From positions 712-64,711 of the forward strand of contig JAYSXR010000392.1 in assembly GCA_043717145.1 (NCBI GenBank): DNA of 64,000 bases. Reading direction: 5' to 3'. Positions within the stretch are counted from its first letter, which is position 1; each line of letters starts with the position of its first letter. Below are positions 22,474 through 31,912 of the stretch, piece after piece. The notes under the pieces were generated by a model. That model was given only the letters and a program-made list of their open reading frames with translations, searched no databases and was not told the origin of the DNA. Both the position numbers and the translations under genes were made by a program. Source of the stretch: Chitinophagaceae bacterium. Lineage in GTDB: Bacteria > Bacteroidota > Bacteroidia > Chitinophagales > Chitinophagaceae.

Positions 22474-24048
22474 ATGGATCTTACCAGCCTGAATAAAGAC
22501 CGAAAAAGAAGGAAGCCCTCTATTGATATGAGCACTATGGTATACGGCAAAGTACCGCCTCAGGCCAAAGAGCTCGAAGAAGCCGTATTAGGTGCCATCA
22601 TGCTGGAAAAAAGTGCTTTTGATACGGTTACTGAAATTGTAAAGCCCGAGTGTTTTTATGTAGAGGCCAACCAGCTTATATTCAAGGCCATGCAGGGTTT
22701 GCAGCAAAAAAGTATGCCCATTGATATTCTTACCGTGGTGGAAGAATTAAAAATGCGCGAACAATTAGATACCGTAGGCGGCCCTTATTATGTTACGAAG
22801 CTTACCAACTCAGTAGTTTCGACCGCCAATATTGATGCGCATGCAAGAATTGTATTGCAGAAATTTATTCAACGAGAGCTAATCCGCATCAGCGGTGAAA
22901 TAATTGGGGATGCATATGAAGATAGTACCGATGTGTTTGATTTGCTGGATGTTAGCGAAACCAAGATGTTCAACATCACCAACAATTACCTGAAAAAGAA
23001 TTTCGAAGATATAGGTAATGTATTAGCAAAAACCATTAACCGGATTGATGAATTACGGACCAAGACAGATGATATATCCGGCGTACCTAGTGGTTTCCCA
23101 ACTATGGACCGCGTTACGTATGGCTGGCAGCCTACCGATCTTATTATTTTAGCGGCGAGGCCTTCGGTGGGTAAAACAGCATTTGCATTGAACCTTGCAC
23201 GCAATGCGGCCCTTCATCCAACCAAACCGATACCTGTTGGATTTTTCTCTTTGGAGATGGGTGCGTCGCAGTTGGTTCAGCGTATTTTAAGTGCCGAGAG
23301 TGAAATCAAAATGGAAAAGATCAGCCGTGGTAAATTAGAGAACCACGAATACGAGCAATTACTGAGTAAGGGTATTAAAAAATTAGAGGTGGCCCCTATT
23401 TTTATAGATGATACTGCTGCCCTTAACATTTTTGAATTCCGCGCTAAGGCAAGGCGGCTGGTGAATAAACACAATGTAGGTTTGATTATAATTGACTACC
23501 TCCAGTTAATGAGCGGTACCAACGACAGGGGAAGCAACCGTGAACAGGAGATCAGCAATATCTCCCGTAACCTGAAAGCACTGGCCAAAGAATTGAATGT
23601 GCCCATTATCGCCCTGAGCCAGTTAAGCCGTGCCGTGGAAACCAGAAAAGAAAGCAAGATGCCGCAGTTGAGTGACCTTCGTGAATCGGGAGCTATAGAG
23701 CAGGATGCCGATATGGTGATGTTCATTTACCGCCCGGAATATTATGAAGTGATGAATAATGAGCATGGCGAAAGTACGCATGGAGAGACCCATATACGTA
23801 TTGCCAAACACCGGAACGGTTCATTGGAAACCATTAAGCTGCGTGCTAAATTAGATATACAGAAATTTGAAGAGTGGGATGGTGATAGCGGCATTTCCGG
23901 ATTAGGTAGTAACTGGAAACCCGTTGGCCAGCCGAGCCCACCCACAGCAGGGGGGGCAGCTGATGGTGGTAAATTGTTTATGCAAAAAGGCAGTAAAATG
24001 AATGACGGCGATTTTGATGCAGGGTTTGAGACTGATGCGCCGTTTTAG
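22474..24048 (+). CDS. dnaB: Replicative DNA helicase
   Basis: ARPSVGKT, IIDYLQLM, LSQLSR, SDLRESGAIEQDAD, AKHRNG. Confidence 0.98.
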   Translation: MDLTSLNKDRKRRKPSIDMSTMVYGKVPPQAKELEEAVLGAIMLEKSAFDTVTEIVKPECFYVEANQLIFKAMQGLQQKSMPIDILTVVEELKMREQLDTVGGPYYVTKLTNSVVSTANIDAHARIVLQKFIQRELIRISGEIIGDAYEDSTDVFDLLDVSETKMFNITNNYLKKNFEDIGNVLAKTINRIDELRTKTDDISGVPSGFPTMDRVTYGWQPTDLIILAARPSVGKTAFALNLARNAALHPTKPIPVGFFSLEMGASQLVQRILSAESEIKMEKISRGKLENHEYEQLLSKGIKKLEVAPIFIDDTAALNIFEFRAKARRLVNKHNVGLIIIDYLQLMSGTNDRGSNREQEISNISRNLKALAKELNVPIIALSQLSRAVETRKESKMPQLSDLRESGAIEQDADMVMFIYRPEYYEVMNNEHGESTHGETHIRIAKHRNGSLETIKLRAKLDIQKFEEWDGDSGISGLGSNWKPVGQPSPPTAGGAADGGKLFMQKGSKMNDGDFDAGFETDAPF

Positions 24049-24156
24049 TTTGTAAGTAGTAAGTGATAAGTTGTGTTACAAGTAATTTTTACTTGACAGG
24101 TGTATCACTAATTACATTTGCACTTATAACGTATTACTTACAACTGACTACTTATC

Positions 24157-24858
24157 ATGTCTCTTCCCTTTTTTTACGAAACCGGAGTACCAACCGCTTC
24201 TTCCCACTTTACCCTTAGTGAAGAAACCAGCAAACATTGCATCCAGGTCTTACGGATGAAAACGGGGGAAAATTTACAACTAACCAACGGCAAAGGATTA
24301 TTATATACCGCCAGTATTGTAAGCGAAGACAAGAAGAAAACCGTTGTGCTGATAAACGAATTACAAAATATTCCACAGCCTGTAAAAAAAATAAGTGTCT
24401 GCATTTCTCTCTTAAAAAACACTATCCGCTATGAATGGTTTTTAGAAAAAGCGACCGAGATAGGTGCTACGGAAATTCAACCCCTGATCTGTAGCCGAAC
24501 AGAACATACCCGTTTCAGGCATGAGCGCATGAATGGTATTTTAATTGCTGCCATGCTGCAAAGTCAGCAAGTATGGTTATCTATTTTACATGAGCCGGTG
24601 ATATTTAAAAATTATATTCCAAACGCTATGTTTCAGCAAAAATTGATAGCACATTGTGAGGGAGAAAAAAAACAACTCATCAAGGATCTGCCCATATTCA
24701 ACGAAACACAGATACTGATTGGCCCCGAAGGTGATTTTACACCGGAAGAAATTCAATTGGCGATAAACAACCAATACTTGCCCATATCACTAGGAGAAAC
24801 CCGGTTACGTACCGAAACGGCGGGTGTAGTGGCGACTGCTTTATTGGCTAACCGATAA
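24157..24858 (+). CDS. rsmE: 16S rRNA m3U1498 methyltransferase
   Basis: HCIQVLR, KATEIG, IGPEGDFT, LRTETA. Confidence 0.95.
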   Translation: MSLPFFYETGVPTASSHFTLSEETSKHCIQVLRMKTGENLQLTNGKGLLYTASIVSEDKKKTVVLINELQNIPQPVKKISVCISLLKNTIRYEWFLEKATEIGATEIQPLICSRTEHTRFRHERMNGILIAAMLQSQQVWLSILHEPVIFKNYIPNAMFQQKLIAHCEGEKKQLIKDLPIFNETQILIGPEGDFTPEEIQLAINNQYLPISLGETRLRTETAGVVATALLANR

Positions 24859-24980
24859 TCTTGTTTGTTTCTCGTAAAGGAACTACAGCGCAAAGTTTTC
24901 TTTTCTTTGCTCCTTTGCGTTAAATAATTATTTTCATATTTATTACATTCGTTTCTACAAACACCTGAATAATTTTCTAT

Positions 24981-26153
24981 ATGCAAATAATAGAAGTAAC
25001 CAATGCCGATACCGTAAAGGATTTTTTGAAGGTGAATGCTTTACTCAATCAACATAATCCGGCGTATATCCGTCCGATTGATAATGAGGTGAAGGATGTA
25101 TTTGAGCCATCTAAAAATAAAAATTATAAATACGGCGAAGCCAAACGCTGGATAGCTAAAAACGATTCGGGTACATTGATTGGCCGTATTGCCGCATTTA
25201 CCAATTCGAAATATATAAATAAAGGCACCGACTTTAAGACAGGCGGTATCAGCTTTTTCGATTGCATTAACGATCAGGCATTGGCCAATGTTTTATTTGA
25301 TACCGCTAAAGCCTGGCTGCAAAACAAAGGTATGGAAGCTATGGACGGCCCGATCAACTTTGGCGATCGAGATAAATGGTGGGGATTGATGGTTGAAGGT
25401 TTTGATAAAGAACCCATGTATGGTATGTCGTTCAACCCTGCGTATTACGAAGCTTTATTTACTGCCTATGGTTTTCAAAATTATTATAACCAATACTATT
25501 ATTCGATGAACGTGGATGACCCTTTACCACCACGTTTTCCAGAGCGGCATGCCAAATTCAAAACCAAGCCAGGCTATGAAGCCAGGCATGTTAAACTTAA
25601 TAGCCTGGAAAAGTATGCGGGCGATTTTGCTACTGTCTACAATGCCGCCTGGGCACAGCATGGTGAGTCCAAAGAGATTACAAAACAACAGGTGTTCAAA
25701 TTATTTAAAACCATGAAACCCATAATGGACGAACGCCTGGTATGGTTCGCTTATTATAAAGAGGAACCTATTGCCATGTTCATCAATATTCCCGACCTGA
25801 ACCAATATTTTAAGCATTTTAATGGTAAACTGGGTTGGCTGGAAAAAATTAGGCTTTGGTTGATGGTAAAAACTGGTTATAACAAACAGTTGGTTGGCCT
25901 TGCATTTGGCGTGGTGCCCAAATACCAGGCTCTAGGCATAGATAGTTTTATGATTTATGAATGTGGTTTACTGGTACAGAACAAAGGCTGGTACACACAA
26001 TACGAAATGGGTTGGGCAGGTGACTGGAACCCAAAAATGATCAATATCTATAAAAGCCTGGGCGGTTTGCAAAGCAGGCGCATGATTACTTTCCGTTACC
26101 TGTTCGACAGAAACCAAGCATTTGTAAGGCACCCAGAAATGGAGTATAAATAG
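24981..26153 (+). CDS. YghO-like GNAT-fold hypothetical protein
   Basis: GRIAAF, FFDC, GPINF..WGL.VEGF, PDLNQ, GVVPKYQALG motifs. Confidence 0.65.
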   Translation: MQIIEVTNADTVKDFLKVNALLNQHNPAYIRPIDNEVKDVFEPSKNKNYKYGEAKRWIAKNDSGTLIGRIAAFTNSKYINKGTDFKTGGISFFDCINDQALANVLFDTAKAWLQNKGMEAMDGPINFGDRDKWWGLMVEGFDKEPMYGMSFNPAYYEALFTAYGFQNYYNQYYYSMNVDDPLPPRFPERHAKFKTKPGYEARHVKLNSLEKYAGDFATVYNAAWAQHGESKEITKQQVFKLFKTMKPIMDERLVWFAYYKEEPIAMFINIPDLNQYFKHFNGKLGWLEKIRLWLMVKTGYNKQLVGLAFGVVPKYQALGIDSFMIYECGLLVQNKGWYTQYEMGWAGDWNPKMINIYKSLGGLQSRRMITFRYLFDRNQAFVRHPEMEYK

Positions 26154-26254
26154 CGGTGAGTTTCTCCTTAACTTATACTTATTCACCTACTATTAAAAGC
26201 CCGTGCGCGGAAACTATAAGCTCACAGCTTCTTCTTATCTTGCAGTCATAGATT

Positions 26255-28057
26255 ATGGACAATAAATTCATCGTTTCAGCCAGGAAGTACCGTCCCCAAA
26301 ACTTTAATACAGTGGTTGGTCAGTCACATATTACCACCACTTTAAAAAATGCAATTAAGAATAACCAATTAGCGCATGCATTTTTGTTTTGCGGGCCGAG
26401 AGGTGTGGGTAAAACTACCTGTGCCAGAATATTGGCCAAGACCATTAACTGCACTAATCCAACTGCTGAAGGCGAAGCCTGTAATACCTGTAATAGTTGT
26501 GTGTCGTTCGATGCAGGCACCTCCTTAAATATTCATGAACTGGATGCGGCGAGCAATAATTCGGTGGATGATATCCGCTCGTTAGTAGAGCAGGTTCGTT
26601 TTGCACCACAGGCAGGGAAATACAAAGTGTATATTGTAGATGAGGTACACATGCTTAGTGCCAGTGCCTTTAATGCATTTTTAAAAACATTGGAAGAGCC
26701 TCCCTCCTACGCTATTTTTATTTTAGCGACCACCGAGAAACATAAAATCTTACCAACCATATTAAGCCGTTGCCAGATATTCGATTTTAAACGTATCACC
26801 AATAATGATACGGTAACCCATCTGCAGGAGATCGTTGACAAAGAAGAGATCAAAGCCGAGAAAGCTGCTTTGCAGGTGATTGCCCAAAAAAGTGAAGGTT
26901 GCATGCGCGATTCGCTGAGTATCCTGGATAAGATTGTAAGTTTTACGAACGGCACAGTAACTTACCGAAACACATTAGAGCATTTAAATATCCTGGATGA
27001 AGATTATTATTTTCAAATGTTGGAATCCCTTCAACAGCAGGACCTGGCAGCTACCATGTTATTATTTGATGAGATTAACCGCAAAGGTTTTGAAGGTGAC
27101 CTTGTATTAAATGGCCTTGCCGAGTTCATACGCGACCTGTTGGTTTCTAAAGATCCGAAATCGGCTGCATTATTGGAAGTAGTTGAAGGTATGCAGGAGA
27201 AATACATTGCTGCCGCAGCCAAAACAGGCATATCCTATTTGGTAAGTGCATTGAATATTTTGAACGAAGCCGAGATCAATTATAAAATGGCGCGCAATAA
27301 ACGGTTACATGTTGAATTAACCCTGATCAAACTTAATTTTCTGCAACAGGCCATTGATCTCTCAACTGAAAATGGCAGTGTTGTTAAAAAAAAACGGCTT
27401 GATGGACCAATAGCTTTCAGAACAAAGCCGGTACCGTCTTTGCAGCTGCAACAAACCGCCCCTGAGGCTAAATTATATATCGAACAGAAGCCTGTTAGCC
27501 AAACAACGGTTACAGCAAAGCCTGTACAGACCGCTGCGCAACCGCCTCAACCCACAATAGCCAGACCGCTGCCCAAACCGGCAGCAACCAATGGCAGTGG
27601 CCTCAAGAAGAACCTGTTGGATACATTGAGGGAAAAATATGGAGATCAGTATGCTATCGAAGAAGTAAAAGAAGCAGAAACCATAACCATGGAAAGACTT
27701 CGCCAATGTTGGGATTCATATACCGTGATATTGGAAAAACAATTAAAACATTCTTCTGCCGGAACATTTAAATCGGCCCGGCTGGCTATTGAAAATGATA
27801 TCCGTTTTACCGTAACCGTTTCTGCATTGACTTCACAGAAATTTGTAGAGCAGGAGCGGATGATGCTGATGGACCATTTACACAAAGAATTTAATAACCG
27901 CGCCATCGTTTTTGAAGTGTTGGTGGAAGCGGGTGAAAAAGAAGATATCCCCGCACACCTTCGCCTGAACAGTAAACAGAAATTTGAACATATTGCTGCG
28001 CAATATCCACTGGTAAAAGAATTGAGAGACAGGTTGAAACTGGAGATAGATTATTAG
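26255..28057 (+). CDS. dnaX: DNA polymerase III subunit gamma/tau
   Basis: ARKYRP, GPRGVGKTT, DEVHML, KTLEEPP, SRCQ. Confidence 0.97.
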   Translation: MDNKFIVSARKYRPQNFNTVVGQSHITTTLKNAIKNNQLAHAFLFCGPRGVGKTTCARILAKTINCTNPTAEGEACNTCNSCVSFDAGTSLNIHELDAASNNSVDDIRSLVEQVRFAPQAGKYKVYIVDEVHMLSASAFNAFLKTLEEPPSYAIFILATTEKHKILPTILSRCQIFDFKRITNNDTVTHLQEIVDKEEIKAEKAALQVIAQKSEGCMRDSLSILDKIVSFTNGTVTYRNTLEHLNILDEDYYFQMLESLQQQDLAATMLLFDEINRKGFEGDLVLNGLAEFIRDLLVSKDPKSAALLEVVEGMQEKYIAAAAKTGISYLVSALNILNEAEINYKMARNKRLHVELTLIKLNFLQQAIDLSTENGSVVKKKRLDGPIAFRTKPVPSLQLQQTAPEAKLYIEQKPVSQTTVTAKPVQTAAQPPQPTIARPLPKPAATNGSGLKKNLLDTLREKYGDQYAIEEVKEAETITMERLRQCWDSYTVILEKQLKHSSAGTFKSARLAIENDIRFTVTVSALTSQKFVEQERMMLMDHLHKEFNNRAIVFEVLVEAGEKEDIPAHLRLNSKQKFEHIAAQYPLVKELRDRLKLEIDY

Positions 28058-28191
28058 GTTCTTTTAAACACATTGGCATATAGAAGTATATTCCTTTTTC
28101 CTTATCTTATGTAACTATGTGTTTCAAAAAAAGTGCCTGTCACTAACCTGCAGTACATTGATTTAATGCATACATTGGAAATAAAAGCAAC

Positions 28192-28398
28192 ATGCCCTTA
28201 TCAACACTAAAATATATGAATGGCGAAGCAACCGTTGTGCGGAAACCCGATACCTGTATCCACAGCCGTATTTGCTGGACAGAATTAAAGGATGTATTCG
28301 ACCCTGCCAAACGTCCATGAGTAAATATGGCAGGTGGCAGTACAGAAAGGATTATTGAGCAGGTGCGCAAATACCCCAGTGGCGCATAAAGTTATTTT
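28192..28398 (+). pseudogene. Decayed divergent 4Fe-4S (YjdI/Fer4_19-like) domain, in frame with downstream CDGSH domain
   Basis: MPLSTLKYMNGEATVVRKPDTCIHSRICWTELKDVFDPAKRP*VNMAGGSTERIIEQVRKYPSGA*SYF; stops at 28318 and 28387. Confidence 0.8.
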
Positions 28399-28641
28399 AT
28401 GAATGAAGAAAATAAAGTTACCGATACAAACCCATCTGCCGTAAAGGGAGAATCCGCACAAATAACCAATATATTGATCAAACCCAATGGACCGATCCTG
28501 GTTACCACCGATTGTGTGATTACCCATAGTAATGGCGAACAGGAAATAAAAAAAGGTAGTATTGCATTGTGCCGTTGCGGTGCATCTGCCAACAGACCTT
28601 ATTGTGATGGCAGTCACCGAAAAATTGATTTCAAGGGTTAA
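28399..28641 (+). CDS. CDGSH iron-sulfur domain protein (C-terminal remnant of a fusion)
   Basis: NGP, ALCRCGASANRPYCDGSH. Confidence 0.75.
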   Translation: MNEENKVTDTNPSAVKGESAQITNILIKPNGPILVTTDCVITHSNGEQEIKKGSIALCRCGASANRPYCDGSHRKIDFKG

Positions 28642-28653
28642 TTAATTTATTAT

Positions 28654-30018
28654 ATGAGCCAGAAAAAATGTATCCTGATTACTGTTTCCCTGTTTCTTTC
28701 CGCTTCTTTATTTGCGCAGGTACTGATAAAAGATATTTCATTTCAGGAAGCTTTGCAACAGGCTAAAGCAGCTGATAAAATCGTTTTATTATTGATTGAA
28801 TCGGCCGAGTGTAACCAATGCAATGAAGTGGCAATGCAAGGGTTTTCTAACCAGATATTAGGACGATCGGTCAATACAAGTTGCACAACTGTAAAAGTCA
28901 GCCCGGGTTCAAAAAATTTTGGCACTGTCGATTCCCTCTTTAGTATCGGAAGTTCCTTTGGCTTATTATTTATCAATGCCGATGGTGACCTCTTACACAG
29001 GTATTCGGCCAGCAGCTCTTATTATATTACTTATATGGAGCAGCTAGACAAAGCTTTGAAGAGGAAGGAACGTCCCGATACTGAATTCAAACAATTACAA
29101 AATGAGTATACTAACGGGAAACGCGATTTTGAGTTATTATATAAATTGGTAGCCAAAAAAAATGAATGGGACTTCGAACATGATCAACTGACAGAAGAAA
29201 TGGTTACCGTTGCCCCAAAAGATTCAGCCACTTCACTTACATTTTTGCAGTTTATTGCCGTACAGGCACCTTTGATTGATTCTAAAGCTTTTCAATATAT
29301 GCGGAAAGACAACAGCAATTTTAATGATGCCTGGTTCCTGTTGAATTTGCAAAAAAGAATATCTGCAAATAATAGGATTATTTTCAAATCGAAAAGCAAG
29401 GCCATTAAAGAGAAAAATAGTTCGTACGCAGAAAAGGTTGCGAATTTTTCGGCCGGCACACAGACAGACAGAACCCAGTCCCGCAAAAGTCATGATAGAA
29501 ATATGATAGATTTTTACAAAGGGATTAAGGATACCAGCAGTTTCCTGCTCGCATCTGTTAAATATTATGACCAATACCTGATGACTATCAGTGTAGATTC
29601 TGTTCAGCGGGTAGATTCTATGCGCAGAAGAGACATGTTTGCTTATGCCGTGCCTGATAGAGTGACGCAAGCGAGCGGTAGCGCGGTTTTGATGCGTTCA
29701 GGTCCTTATGCACCTATCACGCAAAATTTCACCAATGAATTGAATGATGGTGCCTGGACGATATATATTTACACCCATGATCTTTTTTACATGGCCAAAG
29801 CCTTAAGCTGGGCAAAACGCGCCACTGAATTTTATGAAAATCCCGCTGCTATGGATACTTATGCCAGGTTATTATACAGAAAAGGCAATAGAGAAGAAGC
29901 TGTAAACTGGGAAGAAAAAGCAATCCAGATTACCAAAACAAGAAGAATGCCCGCAAGTGAATTTGAGGAAGTAATAAGTAAAATGAAATCCGGCATCAAC
30001 ACCATTGACAAATACTGA
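28654..30018 (+). CDS. Exported thioredoxin-like plus TPR-like hypothetical protein
   Basis: Signal peptide, FQEALQQAK..CNQC, C-terminal LND.AW...DTYARLLY..G..EEA. Confidence 0.65.
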   Translation: MSQKKCILITVSLFLSASLFAQVLIKDISFQEALQQAKAADKIVLLLIESAECNQCNEVAMQGFSNQILGRSVNTSCTTVKVSPGSKNFGTVDSLFSIGSSFGLLFINADGDLLHRYSASSSYYITYMEQLDKALKRKERPDTEFKQLQNEYTNGKRDFELLYKLVAKKNEWDFEHDQLTEEMVTVAPKDSATSLTFLQFIAVQAPLIDSKAFQYMRKDNSNFNDAWFLLNLQKRISANNRIIFKSKSKAIKEKNSSYAEKVANFSAGTQTDRTQSRKSHDRNMIDFYKGIKDTSSFLLASVKYYDQYLMTISVDSVQRVDSMRRRDMFAYAVPDRVTQASGSAVLMRSGPYAPITQNFTNELNDGAWTIYIYTHDLFYMAKALSWAKRATEFYENPAAMDTYARLLYRKGNREEAVNWEEKAIQITKTRRMPASEFEEVISKMKSGINTIDKY

Positions 30019-30027
30019 TCAACATCC

Positions 30028-30372
30028 TTAAAATTTTTTAGTGTTGGCGTATCCATTTTTCAACAACCATTGCAAAACTTTATCACTTTGGTCTCCCTGT
30101 ATAATGGCTTCTCCATCTTTCACACTGCCGCCGGTACCACAAAAATTTTTTAATTTTTTACCGAGTTCTTCCAGATCTTCCGTATTACCAATAAAGCCTG
30201 TTACCAGGGTTACTGCTTTCCCGGCCCTTTGTTTCGTGTCTAAACGGATGCGGAGTTTTTGCTGGGCAGGAGCAAGCGTATCCTGCACTGGTTGATCATC
30301 TGCTTCAAAACGAAACGAAGGATCGGTACTGAATACAAATCCCCTTGTATCGGGTTTATTTTTTTTATTCAT
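30028..30372 (-). CDS. yciH: Translation initiation factor SUI1-family protein
   Basis: RAGKAVT, LK.FCGTGGSVKDG.AIIQGD. Confidence 0.92.
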   Translation of the reverse strand: MNKKNKPDTRGFVFSTDPSFRFEADDQPVQDTLAPAQQKLRIRLDTKQRAGKAVTLVTGFIGNTEDLEELGKKLKNFCGTGGSVKDGEAIIQGDQSDKVLQWLLKNGYANTKKF

Positions 30373-30481
30373 GCTATCCTGATTTATAAATCCATTTTAT
30401 CCTATCTATCTCTGCGAAACCCTCTGCTTCTCCGCATCTGCGATGAATAAAGGCTATTATTACCGCAGAGAAAAAAGTTGC

Positions 30482-31342
30482 TTATAACAAAACAGCTTTT
30501 AAACTCAGGTCAACACTTTGTGCCTGGTGAATCAATCCGCCCACACTTACATAATCAACACCTGTTGCGGCATAAGCTGTTATTGTATCCAGTTTAATAC
30601 CACCACTAGCTTCTGTTTCGAAACAGCCATTGATCATTTGTAGTGCCTCAACAATCAACCCAGGTGTGAAATTATCCAGCATGATCCGAAATACTTTTCC
30701 TTTTCCAACAGCGCATACTGTTTGCACATCTGCCAGGCTTCTGGTTTCTACTTCAATTTTAAGCGGGTTTGTCCTTTTTTGTGAGTATGAAAACGCGGCA
30801 TTTATAGCCGGTTCTAATCCACCTGCATAATCAATATGGTTATCCTTCAGCATGATCATATCATACAAACCAAAACGGTGATTAGTGCCACCGCCAATTC
30901 TTACCGCTTCTTTTTCGAGCAGCCTGAAATTGGGCGTGGTTTTACGGGTATCCAGCAGTCGAGTGTGACAACCTCTCAATTTTTCCGCGTATTGATGGGT
31001 AAGTGTAGCAATACCACTCATTCGCTGCATGCAATTCAATACCAATCTTTCGCAGGTTAAAATCGTATGGATGGAAGCTTCCACTTCAAACGCTTTTTCT
31101 CCGCTAACCATATTATCGCCATCTTTTTTAAAAGATGTAAAAACGATGCAAGGCTCCTGATAAGTAAAGATTTTTTCTGCTACTGCCATTCCCGCCAGTA
31201 TCCCATCCTGCTTTATTTTTAATACCGCTTTCCCTTTTTTATCAGGCGGAATACAGCTCAGGGTAGAATGATCGCCATCGCCAACATCTTCGCATAAAGC
31301 TTCAATTATCAGGTGATGTAATTGTTCATCGAAAGATTTCAT
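30482..31342 (-). CDS. nadC: Nicotinate-nucleotide diphosphorylase (carboxylating)
   Basis: DTRKTTP, HRFGL, KDNH, MLDNF, EASGGI. Confidence 0.97.
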   Translation of the reverse strand: MKSFDEQLHHLIIEALCEDVGDGDHSTLSCIPPDKKGKAVLKIKQDGILAGMAVAEKIFTYQEPCIVFTSFKKDGDNMVSGEKAFEVEASIHTILTCERLVLNCMQRMSGIATLTHQYAEKLRGCHTRLLDTRKTTPNFRLLEKEAVRIGGGTNHRFGLYDMIMLKDNHIDYAGGLEPAINAAFSYSQKRTNPLKIEVETRSLADVQTVCAVGKGKVFRIMLDNFTPGLIVEALQMINGCFETEASGGIKLDTITAYAATGVDYVSVGGLIHQAQSVDLSLKAVLL

Positions 31343-31364
31343 ACTGCAAAACTATGGTTTGCAG

Positions 31365-31393
31365 CAAAAGGCCCCGCAATTGCAGGGCCTTTT
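31365..31393. terminator. Intrinsic terminator after DUF4783 gene
   Basis: AAAAGGCCC-cgcaattgca-GGGCCTTTT. Confidence 0.75.
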
Positions 31394-31416
31394 CAACGAA
31401 TTTATTTGCGAAGGAT

Positions 31417-31797
31417 TTAATTGATCCTGACCGATACAATCTGGTGCTTACCCTCTTTTGCTTTTAACAAGATAGTAACACCAAAACCTTTCCCATTGTT
31501 AAGCAACTTACCTGTCATATACATGGTATTACCAATCGCCCTGTCGGAAGCTTTTTCGAACCCTTTGATGCCATTTTCTTCAAAAAAGGCTTTTAGCGTA
31601 AGACTGGCCTGATTACGGCCCAGATTTTTAACTTCTGGCTTATCCATCAGTTTCAAATCAACAAAATCATCAAAATATTTCGACACTTCGCCTGCATTAG
31701 CGGTTTTGAAAGCCTGGACAATGGCATCTGCATCACCCTGGTAAGTGAATGACAAAAACACAAAAGCCAGTCCGGTTAATAAAAAGATCTTTTTCAT
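31417..31797 (-). CDS. DUF4783-like exported protein
   Basis: Signal peptide; AFKTANA..VSKYFD..VDL..QA...LK.FF pattern. Confidence 0.75.
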   Translation of the reverse strand: MKKIFLLTGLAFVFLSFTYQGDADAIVQAFKTANAGEVSKYFDDFVDLKLMDKPEVKNLGRNQASLTLKAFFEENGIKGFEKASDRAIGNTMYMTGKLLNNGKGFGVTILLKAKEGKHQIVSVRIN

Positions 31798-31912
31798 GAT
31801 TACACTATTTTCTTAACTAAGGGTTGCCAAAAACATGCCAACTTCCAATAGTGGGGATTTTTGGTTAAAGTTAACACGTATTCATCTATTCTAAATTCAG
31901 TAATTTTATACT

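Noticed and set aside
28318-28320. In-frame TGA in an Fe-S gene as selenocysteine or Trp recoding
   Set aside because: It falls at an expected Trp, not Cys. It is accompanied by a TAA and a Cys-to-Tyr change, and TGA serves as a normal stop elsewhere (gpmI)
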